Assembly: GCA_902465435.1 (NCBI GenBank) | Contig: CABQNH010000005.1 | Coordinates: forward strand, 10,889-74,888 | Reading direction: 5' to 3' | Length of the DNA stretch: 64,000 nucleotides | Origin: an uncultured Eubacteriales bacterium | Lineage (GTDB): Bacteria > Bacillota > Clostridia > Oscillospirales > Oscillospiraceae | Shown here: positions 6,990 to 15,477 of the stretch, one piece after another | Layout of the letters: each line of letters begins with the position of its first letter | Numbering within the stretch: the first letter of the stretch is position 1 | Position numbers and translations under genes: made by a program | The notes under the pieces: generated by a model | Told to the model about the DNA's origin: nothing | Databases searched by the model: none | Seen by the model: only the letters and a program-made list of their open reading frames with translations

Positions 6990-8891
6990 TTGAAGGAATG
7001 GGATCGTTTCATCACGGTGGAGCAGATGGAGGATGCAACCAATCAGCTGCTCGAAACCGGAAAAAAGGTCGGCGCTGACTCCTGGCAGCAGCGCGCCAAG
7101 AACCAGACCCCCCACTGCGGCTTCGGCGAAGGCGGCACCTGCTGCCGAATCTGCTCCATGGGACCCTGCCGCATCACCCCGAAGGCGCCGCGCGGCATTT
7201 GCGGCTGTGATGTGCACGGCATCGTCGCAAGAAACTATCTGCGCTTTACCGCAGGCGGCTCCGCAACGCACTCCGATCACGGCCGCGAGATCTGCCATAC
7301 GCTGTACCAGACCCGCGAGGGCGGCAACTACCAGATCAAGGATCCGGAAAAGCTGCTTCGCATCGCCAGGGAATGGGGCGTGGAGACCGACGGCAAGGAC
7401 ATCTACGATCTGGCGCACGAGATCGCCGAGATGGCGCTGCTTGAATACGGCAAGCCCTTCGGCGTGCAGCGCTTCCTCAAGCGCGCGCCGGAGCATACCC
7501 AGAAGCTCTGGAAGGATGCCGGGATTGAGCCGCGCGCCATTGACCGCGAGGTCAGCCAGTCCTTACATATGACGCACATGGGCTGCTCCTCCCTGCCGGA
7601 GGCTTTGATCCGCCAGTCCCTGCGCGCCGGTCTGTCCGACGGCTGGGGCGGCTCCATGGCAGGCACGGAGTTCTCCGATGTCATGTTCGGCACGCCGAAG
7701 CCCATTGACACGACCGCCAACATCGGCGTCATGGAAAAGGATAACGTCAACATCATTGTCCATGGCCACGACCCCTCTCTTTCCGAAATGGTCGTTTATT
7801 ATGCCAACGACCCCGAAATGATCGCCTACGCCAAGGAAATGGGCGCAAAGGGCATCACCGTCTCCGGCGTCTGCTGCACGGCGAACGAGGTCGCCATGCG
7901 TCACGGCATTCCGATGGCGGGCAACTTCCTCTCGCAGGAAAACGTCGTCCTGACCGGTGCCTGTGAAGCCATCGTCGTGGACGTGCAGTGCATTTTCCCC
8001 GCGCTCGGCCCGCTGTCGAAGTGCTTCCACACCAAGTTCATCACGACCTCCCCGATCGCACGCATTCCGGACTCCGAGTTCATTCAGTTCAGCGCGGAGG
8101 ATGCCGGTGAAAACGCAAAGGCAATCGTGAAGCTCGCCATTGAAAACTTCAAAAACCGCAAGCCCGAGCTTGTGAACATTCCGAACCTCAAGACCAAGGC
8201 GCGCGTCGGCTACTCCGTCGAAGCGATCAAAAAGTGCCTGGACGGCGTCTGCAACACCCATGTCGATTCCTTCGGCACCCTGAAACCGCTGGCCGACGTC
8301 GTAAAATCCGGCGTCCTGCGCGGCGCTGTCGCAATGGTCGGCTGCAACAACCCGAAGGTTCGTCCCGACACCGCGCACATTGAGCTGATGAAGAAGCTCC
8401 TGAAGAACGATATCATCGTCATCGTCAGCGGCTGCTCGGCGCAGGCCGCCGCTAAGGCAGGCCTTCTGGATCCCGATGCCAAGGACTTCTGCGGCGAGGG
8501 TCTTCGCCGTGTCTGCGAGCTGGTCGGCATCCCGCCGGTGCTGCATATGGGCTCCTGCGTGGATATCTCCCGTATGATGATCCTTGCCTCCGATCTTGCC
8601 AAGGATTGGGGCTGCAACATCTCCCAGCTTCCGCTTTGCGGCTGCGCGCCGGAGTGGATGTCTGAAAAGGCCGTCTCTATCGGCAACTATGTTATCGCTA
8701 CCGGCATCGACACCTTCCTCGGCGTCGATCCCTATACCAAAGGCTCCTCCGAGGTCACCGCACTGCTGCAGGGCGAGCACGGCGTCAAGGATTGGGTCGA
8801 AGCAAACTTCACGGTCGAGCTGGACATTGAAAAGCTCGGCGACCGCATGATGGAAACCATCGAAGCCAAGCGGCAGGCGCTGGGAATCTGA
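6990..8891 (+). CDS. cooS: anaerobic Ni-Fe carbon monoxide dehydrogenase catalytic subunit
   Basis: 633 aa. TTG start 8 nt after AGGAGG. N-terminal Cys cluster CGFGEGGTCCRICSMGPCRI typical of CooS/AcsA. Length and downstream cooC agree. Confidence 0.93.
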   Translation: MKEWDRFITVEQMEDATNQLLETGKKVGADSWQQRAKNQTPHCGFGEGGTCCRICSMGPCRITPKAPRGICGCDVHGIVARNYLRFTAGGSATHSDHGREICHTLYQTREGGNYQIKDPEKLLRIAREWGVETDGKDIYDLAHEIAEMALLEYGKPFGVQRFLKRAPEHTQKLWKDAGIEPRAIDREVSQSLHMTHMGCSSLPEALIRQSLRAGLSDGWGGSMAGTEFSDVMFGTPKPIDTTANIGVMEKDNVNIIVHGHDPSLSEMVVYYANDPEMIAYAKEMGAKGITVSGVCCTANEVAMRHGIPMAGNFLSQENVVLTGACEAIVVDVQCIFPALGPLSKCFHTKFITTSPIARIPDSEFIQFSAEDAGENAKAIVKLAIENFKNRKPELVNIPNLKTKARVGYSVEAIKKCLDGVCNTHVDSFGTLKPLADVVKSGVLRGAVAMVGCNNPKVRPDTAHIELMKKLLKNDIIVIVSGCSAQAAAKAGLLDPDAKDFCGEGLRRVCELVGIPPVLHMGSCVDISRMMILASDLAKDWGCNISQLPLCGCAPEWMSEKAVSIGNYVIATGIDTFLGVDPYTKGSSEVTALLQGEHGVKDWVEANFTVELDIEKLGDRMMETIEAKRQALGI

Positions 8892-8923
8892 TTGATTTTC
8901 CCCGATCACATGAGGCAATTACC

Positions 8924-9709
8924 ATGAAAGTAGCAATTACAGGAAAGGGCGGCGTGGGAAAAACCACCCTCTCGTCCACGCTGGCACGGCTCTACGCCGA
9001 CGAAGGACGAACCGTCCTTGCGGCCGACGTGGATCCCGACGCCAACCTTGGACTGGCGCTCGGCCTCTCCGAAGAAGAGGTCAACGCCATCGTCCCCATC
9101 TCCAAGATGCGCTCCTTGGTGGAGGAACGCACCGGCGCAAACGAATTCAACAAATTCTTCAAGCTCAATCCGCAGGTTTCGGATATCCCCGATAAATTTT
9201 CAAAGGATATCCACGGCGTGAAGCTGCTCGTCATGGGCACGGTGGAAACCGGCGGCTCCGGCTGCGTTTGCCCGGAGCATGTCATGCTCAAGGCGATTTT
9301 GTCCGCCCTCGTCTTTCGTAAGGACGACGTTGTCATCATGGACATGGAGGCAGGGCTGGAGCATCTCGGCCGCGGCACAGCCAGCGGCATGGATCAGTTC
9401 ATCGTCGTGATTGAGCCGGGCGCGCGCAGCATCCAGACCTACGAAAAGGTCAAACAGCTTGCGCGGGATCTCGGCATCACCAAGGTGCAGGTCGTCGCCA
9501 ACAAGATTCGCAGCGAGGAGGATCGGGACTTCATCCGCAGCCGGATCCCCGAGGAGGATCTTCTCGGCTTCCTGAGCTACAACCCCGAAGTGATCGACGC
9601 TGACCGCAGGGGGCTTTCCCCCTATGATTGCAGTCCGACGGCGGTTGCGGAAATCCGCGCCATTAAGGACAAAATTGATCAACAAATTAACGATTCGAAA
9701 GGAATGTAA
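8924..9709 (+). CDS. cooC: CODH nickel-insertion accessory ATPase CooC
   Basis: 261 aa with deviant Walker A GKGGVGKT and the metal-binding CxC motif GSGCVCPEH. Confidence 0.9.
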   Translation: MKVAITGKGGVGKTTLSSTLARLYADEGRTVLAADVDPDANLGLALGLSEEEVNAIVPISKMRSLVEERTGANEFNKFFKLNPQVSDIPDKFSKDIHGVKLLVMGTVETGGSGCVCPEHVMLKAILSALVFRKDDVVIMDMEAGLEHLGRGTASGMDQFIVVIEPGARSIQTYEKVKQLARDLGITKVQVVANKIRSEEDRDFIRSRIPEEDLLGFLSYNPEVIDADRRGLSPYDCSPTAVAEIRAIKDKIDQQINDSKGM

Positions 9710-9713
9710 CAGC

Positions 9714-11852
9714 ATGGGATTATTTGACAGAGTATTCCGTGGCTCCGATGAAATGTTTGCAAAGGCTGAATCCGAGCTGAATGCCGTCATCGCCGAGCTT
9801 GGCGAAGACGCCCCCCTTACCATGCCCTCTACCGCTTACTATCTCGCCTGCATCTACGCCTATCTCGGCAAGAAGGTCACGAACCTGCGCGAGCTGAAGG
9901 ACGCCCTGCAGGACGTCAAGGCAATGATGCTCCGCGAGTATCGCACCAATTCGATCTTCCAGTCCGGCATCGGCACAGCCATCGCCGCTGAGATCATCGA
10001 GGCCTGCAAGTATGCCCGCACCGACGCTCCCTATGAGGGCAGCAAATACCACGGCCACTTTGTGGACGCCGAGGTGCGTGAACTTGGCGTTCCGCTTGTT
10101 ACGGGCGACATCCCCGGCTTTGTCGTCATGATCGGTGCGGCTCCCTCCACCGAGGAAGCCGTCGAGACGGTCAAGGGGTATCAGTCCCGCGGCATCTTCG
10201 TCTTCCTCATCGGCGGCATCATTGACCAGATGTACGAAGCAAACGTCGCTATGGGCTTCCCCGTCCGCGTCGTTCCGGTCGGTCAGGATATCTGGGCCGT
10301 CGGTCACGTCATTTCTCTGGTTGTCCGCGCCGCAATGATTTTCGGCAACATTCAGCCCGGCGACGTGGAAGGCTTCCACGACTATACGATGAAGCGCATC
10401 AACGCGTTTGTCAACGCGTATAAGCCGGTCGCGGATATCGTCGTCGCCTGCGGCGCCGGCGCCATCAAGCTGGGCTTCCCCGTCATCACGAATGACGAGG
10501 ATGACATGTGGGCTGTTCCGAAGTCCCTGATCATCCAGACGAACACCAAGGATTGGATCGAAACGTCTCTGGAAGCCCGTGATATTAAGATCAAGATCAC
10601 AAATATTGAGATCCCCGTTTCCTATTCCTCCGCCTTTGAGGGCGAGATCATCCGTAAGGGTGATATGCAGGTCGAGGTGGACGGCTCGCGCAAGGACTGC
10701 TTCGAGCTGGTCGTGACCAAGGATGCAGCGGAAATCGAGGATCACAAGATTGAAGTCGTCGGTCCCGAGATGGACGAAATTCCGGTCGGCTCCAAGATTT
10801 CTCTGAGCTATACCGTCGAGGTTGCGGGCAAGAACATGCAGCCGGACTTTGAGCCGGTCTTTGAGCGCAAGATTCACCAGTTCTTAAACTGCGTCGAGGG
10901 TCTGATGCACACCGGTCAGAGAGACATGATCCGTGTTCGTGTCAGCAAGGCCGACTTTGAGGCAGGCTTCCGCTTCAAGCACATCGGCGAGGTGCTGTAC
11001 GCCAAGATCAAGAGCGAATTTGACACGGTCGTTGACAAGTGTCAGGTCAAGATCGTGGTCGGCGACGAAGAAAACGCCGCCCTGCGTCACCACGCCAATG
11101 AGATCTTCGATGCCCGTGACGAGCGTCTGAAGTCCATGACCGACGAGTCCGTCCCGGTCTTCTATTCCTGCATCATGTGCCAGGCTTTCTCCCCGAGCCA
11201 TGTCTGCATCGTGACGCCGGAGCGTCTGGGCCTTTGCGGCGCCGTCTCCTGGCTGGACGCCAAGGCAACCAACGAGCTGGATCCGCAGGGTCCCTGCCAG
11301 GTCGTCACCAAGGAGCGCTGCATCGACGAGCGCGTCGGCCGTTACGAGGACGTGGATGAAGCCGTCGCCCTTTACAGCCACGGTGCTCTGGAGCATGTCA
11401 CGCTGTACTCCCTGCTGGAGGATCCGATGACCTCCTGCGGCTGCTTCGAGTGCATCTGCGGCATTGAGCCTGTCTCTATGGGCGTTGTCATCACCACCCG
11501 TGAGCACACCGGCATGACCCCGCTCGGCATGACCTTCTCTGAAATGGCCTCCATGACCGGCGGCGGCGTGCAGACCCCGGGCTTTATGGGTCACGGCAAG
11601 CATTACATTGCTTCTCACAAGTTCCTCAAGGCAGAGGGCGGCGTCGGCCGTCTTGTCTGGCTGCCGAAGGAGCTGAAGGAGCAGATTCGCGACAAGCTGA
11701 ACGAAACAGCAAAGGATCTTTACGGCATTGAGAACTTTGCGGATATGATCGCGGACGAGACGATCTGCGGCGACGGCGATCCCGAAGCCCTGCTCGCCTA
11801 TCTCACCGAGGTCAACCACCCGGTTCTCTCCATGGAACCCTTTGATATGTAA
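9714..11852 (+). CDS. acsB: acetyl-CoA synthase (CO-methylating acetyl-CoA synthase, A-cluster subunit)
   Basis: 712 aa from ATG 9714 (MGLFDRVFRG...). A-cluster cysteine motifs CIMCQAFSPSHVCIVTPERLGLCGA and SCGCFEC. The ORF-track start at 9624 lies inside cooC. Confidence 0.92.
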   Translation: MGLFDRVFRGSDEMFAKAESELNAVIAELGEDAPLTMPSTAYYLACIYAYLGKKVTNLRELKDALQDVKAMMLREYRTNSIFQSGIGTAIAAEIIEACKYARTDAPYEGSKYHGHFVDAEVRELGVPLVTGDIPGFVVMIGAAPSTEEAVETVKGYQSRGIFVFLIGGIIDQMYEANVAMGFPVRVVPVGQDIWAVGHVISLVVRAAMIFGNIQPGDVEGFHDYTMKRINAFVNAYKPVADIVVACGAGAIKLGFPVITNDEDDMWAVPKSLIIQTNTKDWIETSLEARDIKIKITNIEIPVSYSSAFEGEIIRKGDMQVEVDGSRKDCFELVVTKDAAEIEDHKIEVVGPEMDEIPVGSKISLSYTVEVAGKNMQPDFEPVFERKIHQFLNCVEGLMHTGQRDMIRVRVSKADFEAGFRFKHIGEVLYAKIKSEFDTVVDKCQVKIVVGDEENAALRHHANEIFDARDERLKSMTDESVPVFYSCIMCQAFSPSHVCIVTPERLGLCGAVSWLDAKATNELDPQGPCQVVTKERCIDERVGRYEDVDEAVALYSHGALEHVTLYSLLEDPMTSCGCFECICGIEPVSMGVVITTREHTGMTPLGMTFSEMASMTGGGVQTPGFMGHGKHYIASHKFLKAEGGVGRLVWLPKELKEQIRDKLNETAKDLYGIENFADMIADETICGDGDPEALLAYLTEVNHPVLSMEPFDM

Positions 11853-11896
11853 CGACGAAACGCCTCGCAGCGTAAAAGCAACGCTGCAAATCCAAA

Positions 11897-11923
11897 GGAG
11901 CTGCCTTCCGCGAAGGCAGCTCC
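11897..11923. repeat. 27-nt perfect palindrome, copy 1 (12-bp stem, 3-nt loop), directly after acsB
   Basis: GGAGCTGCCTTC-CGC-GAAGGCAGCTCC, identical to 12198-12224. No U-tract follows, so a terminator role is uncertain. Confidence 0.8.
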
Positions 11924-11928
11924 CCAGG

Positions 11929-11956
11929 CTGTCAATAAAGTCCGTAACCGTCAAAA
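11929..11956 (+). repeat. 28-nt repeat R1, copy A
   Basis: CTGTCAATAAAGTCCGTAACCGTCAAAA is identical to 49856-49883. Similarity continues to 34 of 37 nt. Confidence 0.85.
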
Positions 11957-12070
11957 TGAGAAAACATTTTTGGCGTTTTCTATACGAATCGCATCTATCC
12001 TGTTTTTGGAGAATTTCAAACAAATACGGTTCAAGAAGTGAATAAAGTTTATTATTTTGACTTACTTCGG

Positions 12071-12113
12071 AACTCGCGCCCTACCGTACCTATGTACGCC
12101 TACGGGCGCGAGT
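12071..12113. repeat. imperfect palindromic hairpin (module X, downstream copy)
   Basis: AACTCGCGCCC ... GGGCGCGAGTT outer stem with an inner CGTAC/GTACG stem. Related to 6562-6605. Confidence 0.5.
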
Positions 12114-12197
12114 TTCTTGTATTCCGAACTTTCTTGATCGTCTGTCAGCGTGTCAAAAAGGTTTTTTGACACGCTGAGGAGCTGCCTTCCGCGAAGG

Positions 12198-12224
12198 CAG
12201 CTCCCTTTATTGTAATTATCGAAA
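12198..12224. repeat. 27-nt perfect palindrome, copy 2
   Basis: Identical to 11897-11923. Immediately preceded by another 14-bp-stem hairpin at 12166-12196 (CAGCGTGTCAAAAA / TTTTTGACACGCTG). Confidence 0.8.
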
Positions 12225-12637
12225 GGAAACCGCCAATATGGCGGCGTTCTGATTCCCGCTTGCGCGCACCGGAAGCGAATTTGCTTTTCCCTCCTTGAAT
12301 TCTCCTTTTCCCGCCGCGCCAAGTGCAGCGGCATCTCTTTTTCTTTCTTTTTCTCTTCGGTGCAAACCGTTTTCAGTTTTTCACGTCAATAAGGGTGAAA
12401 AGCCTTTTCCACATTTAAGGAAGCTCTGATCCCGGCAGCAAGCACGGACGGCGCAAGCTTTTTCATCCGGTCGGCATCAGCGCCACAGTGAAATGCCGCT
12501 TCAGGCCACACTGCAAGCGGGCCATCGGATGCCATGCCTGATGGACACCTGACTTTCAGTCCAAATCACCGGCTGCAAAATCCGTTTTCCGCCGCAGGCG
12601 ATCGATTCAGAGCTTCCTTAGAAAGGACGCAAACCGC

Positions 12638-13192
12638 ATGACTGATTCCGAGCTGCTTTCCCTTTATCTCTGCCGCGATGAGGCGGCGATTCCCGCATCA
12701 CAGCAGCAGTACGGCGCGCTGTGCTTCGCGCTGGCAAACCGCATATTGGAGAATCCCGAGGACGCCGAGGAGTGCGTTGCCGATACCTGGCTGCGCGCTT
12801 GGAATGCCATTCCGCCGGAGGAGCCGCAAAACCTCTGCGCCTATTTCTCCAAAATCGTGCGAAACCTCGCCTTCGACCGCTACCGTGCGCGGCACACCCA
12901 ATCGCGCGGCGGCATGGCGGCGCTGGCACTTGACGAACTTGCGGAGTGCCTGCCGGCCAACGGCACGACAGCCGACGCGCTGGAGCAAAAGCTATTGCGG
13001 GAGAGCCTGAATTGCTTTCTGCATACGCTGCCGGAACGGGAATGCACGCTGTTCCTTCTGCGGTACTTCTACGCAATGCCGCTCCGGGAAATTGCAAAGC
13101 GCCTTTCTATGCGGGAGGGCACCGCAAAGTCCAGTCTTTTTCGCACGCGCAAGCGCCTACGAAGCCATTTAGAATCGGAGGGATTTCTATGA
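12638..13192 (+). CDS. sigma-70 family RNA polymerase sigma factor (ECF-like, regions 2 and 4)
   Basis: 184 aa. Region 2 DAEECVADTWLRAW; region 4 HTH LPERECTLFLLRYFYAMPLREIAKRLSMREGTAKSSLFRTRKRLR. Confidence 0.8.
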   Translation: MTDSELLSLYLCRDEAAIPASQQQYGALCFALANRILENPEDAEECVADTWLRAWNAIPPEEPQNLCAYFSKIVRNLAFDRYRARHTQSRGGMAALALDELAECLPANGTTADALEQKLLRESLNCFLHTLPERECTLFLLRYFYAMPLREIAKRLSMREGTAKSSLFRTRKRLRSHLESEGFL

Positions 13193-14493
13193 AACAAGAC
13201 GATCTTTACCGCGCACTGGGTGATATTGACGACGATCTGCTGCAGCGCAGTATGCGCAGAAGGCGTCCGGGACGAATGCTGCGCTTTTGCGCTGCCGCCT
13301 TTGCCGCCTGCATTTGCTTTGCTGCCTGCGCCTTTCTCTGGCAAACGCTGCGGCATGACGCTCCGGACAGCACCGGCGCATCTGAGCAGCTCGCCGCTGT
13401 ACAATCCTCTGCTCCATCCGACTCCCAGCCTGCAGCGCAGCAAATCGCGCTGTCCGAGCTGCCCCAGCTTGTTTTCTCTGAGCGCGACAGCGCTGATGCG
13501 GCCTTGGATATCGGCTTCCCCGCCGGCTGGTTTATCCGCCCTCTGGACGCGCAGACGCTTGCCGGGATCTGGGGCGTAGAGAACGGCGCGCTGCAATGGG
13601 AGGGATTTGATGTCTCCGACTGCGCGCTGACCGGCGAGGTCATCTACGGCGGCGATGGGAAGGTCTGGGAGGTCGCGCTTTCCGGCTCCTACGGCGACGG
13701 CAGCTTTACGGTTCGGCTCGCGCCGGAGCAGCTTCCCGCCGAATGCCTCGGCACCATGCCGGAGGAAAGCTGCGAGATTTACGGCGTGTCCGTTGACGCC
13801 GTACGCCGCGAGAATTCCTGCCGCATCACGTTTCTCCGCGGAAGCGGTGAAGACGCTGTCGGCGTCCGTATCGAGGCGGATTGGCAGACAGACGAACAAG
13901 CGTTGCAGGAGCTTCTCACGCGGCTGGTGTCCCAGTCGCTGCGTCCGGACGGCACGCTGTCACTTCACCAGCTTGATACGACCGATGTCCCGGAATGGCG
14001 CAGCGAAGAGCTGACCGAGGCGCAGGCGCGTGCGGAGGAGGGCTTCGGCTCCTATCTGCCGCAGACGCTTCCTGCCGACTACGTCTTCCATTCCGCGCAC
14101 CGCGAGCTGGGCGAAAACCGCAACTCGCTCTCCATCGCCTATGAGACAAGCGGCTACCATTATCTCTGGATCACCGTAGATCGGTGTGCCGATCTCTCCA
14201 CGCTGGTGTCCGCCGAGGATACGGCGCGTTATGACAAGCGGCTTTATTACGACAAGTCAACAAACCCGGACGCCCCGGTGGCGCCGGAGGAGTTCTCCAT
14301 GACGCTCGATCACCCGATCTTCCGGGCCGAGGAGCTGAGCTGGGATCTGATCGATGCGCGCACCACCCCCGGCGACGATGGCGCATCCTACCTCGACTTC
14401 GGCGTTCTCTATCCGGACGGCACGGTGCTGCGCCTCACCGCACACGCGGACGCCGCCGACCTTCCGTCTTTGCTGCAATTTCTGCTGCCTTGA
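13189..14493 (+). CDS. putative anti-sigma factor / single-pass membrane protein
   Basis: ATG 13189 overlaps the sigma gene stop as ATGA. 434 aa with a short cytoplasmic N-terminus (LGDIDDDLLQRS), one TM helix (LRFCAAAFAACICFAACAFLW) and a large extracytoplasmic domain of unknown fold. Confidence 0.6.
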   Translation: MKQDDLYRALGDIDDDLLQRSMRRRRPGRMLRFCAAAFAACICFAACAFLWQTLRHDAPDSTGASEQLAAVQSSAPSDSQPAAQQIALSELPQLVFSERDSADAALDIGFPAGWFIRPLDAQTLAGIWGVENGALQWEGFDVSDCALTGEVIYGGDGKVWEVALSGSYGDGSFTVRLAPEQLPAECLGTMPEESCEIYGVSVDAVRRENSCRITFLRGSGEDAVGVRIEADWQTDEQALQELLTRLVSQSLRPDGTLSLHQLDTTDVPEWRSEELTEAQARAEEGFGSYLPQTLPADYVFHSAHRELGENRNSLSIAYETSGYHYLWITVDRCADLSTLVSAEDTARYDKRLYYDKSTNPDAPVAPEEFSMTLDHPIFRAEELSWDLIDARTTPGDDGASYLDFGVLYPDGTVLRLTAHADAADLPSLLQFLLP

Positions 14494-14529
14494 TTTCGGC
14501 ACACGGTTGAAATTCTTCAAGAGAGCAGA

Positions 14530-14569
14530 TGGGCTGTGCTGCGAAAATTCGCAGCACAGCCCACTTTTT
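14530..14569. terminator. bidirectional intrinsic terminator
   Basis: 16-bp stem TGGGCTGTGCTGCGAA / TTCGCAGCACAGCCCA followed by CTTTTTC. Sits between convergent genes. Confidence 0.75.
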
Positions 14570-14614
14570 CATTCTATAAGCGATAAGCCTGCATTGTGTG
14601 AGCGTGCGTCTTCC

Positions 14615-15166
14615 TCAGCGCGTCTGCTCCTTCGGAAGCCGCTCGCGCAGCGAAGCGCCGTAGCTGCACAGAAGTGAAAAGACGAGGAAGGCGATCCCGA
14701 TTCCAATGGAGCTGAGGTCATTCAATCTCATATGCCCCACACCGGAAACCGTCCGCTTCATGATCTCGTATGTAAGCTCCGCAGCGAGTCGGCAGGCAAC
14801 CGGCGTGACCACGCAGACAATGCCCAGCCGCCGAAGCTCCTTTGCTCCATCGGCATGGAACGGCGTACCGTCGGCCAGCTCCCGGTGGAAATACCGCTCG
14901 GCAAACTTAGCCTGCACCGCCACGCCAGCCAGCATGATGATACCGACCGCAATGGTGACATAAAGAGAGCCGACGCTCACATCCGCTTTTCTGCGCAAAA
15001 GACTCTCCAGCGTTTCGCCGCCCAACTCGATTGCCGCCGCACCGGCCGCAAGACCGAGAATACCGATCACGCAGCTCCCTATACCGACTAGGCAGCAAAT
15101 AAATACGATTTTACTGAGAATTCTTCCAATCTTGGAGAGCGTCTGAATGGTTTTCAGTGATTTCAT
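14615..15166 (-). CDS. hypothetical membrane protein (183 aa)
   Basis: ATG 15166 (MKSLKTIQTL...) preceded by GGGAGG. Several hydrophobic helices. No family recognised. Confidence 0.6.
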   Translation of the reverse strand: MKSLKTIQTLSKIGRILSKIVFICCLVGIGSCVIGILGLAAGAAAIELGGETLESLLRRKADVSVGSLYVTIAVGIIMLAGVAVQAKFAERYFHRELADGTPFHADGAKELRRLGIVCVVTPVACRLAAELTYEIMKRTVSGVGHMRLNDLSSIGIGIAFLVFSLLCSYGASLRERLPKEQTR

Positions 15167-15356
15167 TCCGTTTTCCTCCCATTTTTTCTTAGGAACCCTT
15201 GCATTCACACTCTGCGGCAGGCGGCATCCCGTTTCGCCCAATTTCTCACCGTTCCTCCTGCCGATTGCATTCGTGGTTCCCATATCCATTTTCACTGCAC
15301 AAACGGTGCAAGGGCGCAGAACGTCCATTCATACCACACGTTACGCAACACAAAAT

Positions 15357-15384
15357 ATTATACACAATTTTACCAATTTGTCAA
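15357..15384 (-). promoter_or_regulatory. sigma-70-type promoter for the 14615-15166 gene
   Basis: Minus strand TTGACA-16 nt-TATAAT. Confidence 0.5.
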
Positions 15385-15434
15385 TCTTCTATTTGCCGAA
15401 GCACCGTCGGCCGCCCGCCTGAACTGTTGCCTGA

Positions 15435-15470
15435 CAAAAGCCCGCCCTCGCAAAAATGTGCGAGGGCGGG
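15435..15470 (-). terminator. intrinsic terminator after the aminotransferase gene
   Basis: Stem CCCGCCCTCG / CGAGGGCGGG followed on the minus strand by CTTTTGTC. Confidence 0.65.
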
Positions 15471-15477
15471 TCTGAGT

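Noticed and set aside
9624-9713. Upstream starts from the ORF track for acsB (9624), and similarly for mnmG (22874), hpt (25665), rplI (28821), rnj (31109), deoB (41758), the family-5 binding protein (44104) and the LRR protein (58817).
   Set aside because: In each case an internal ATG with a proper Shine-Dalgarno sequence coincides with the conserved N-terminus of the family. The extension overlaps a neighbouring gene or intergenic signals.
12062-12334. The 90-aa minus-strand ORF, whose C-terminus (HRYGRARVPK) resembles a stretch of ORF 6163-6966 (HKYGRARIPK).
   Set aside because: The shared peptide is simply the translation of the shared DNA repeat (module X). Both ORFs cross palindromes and lack start signals.
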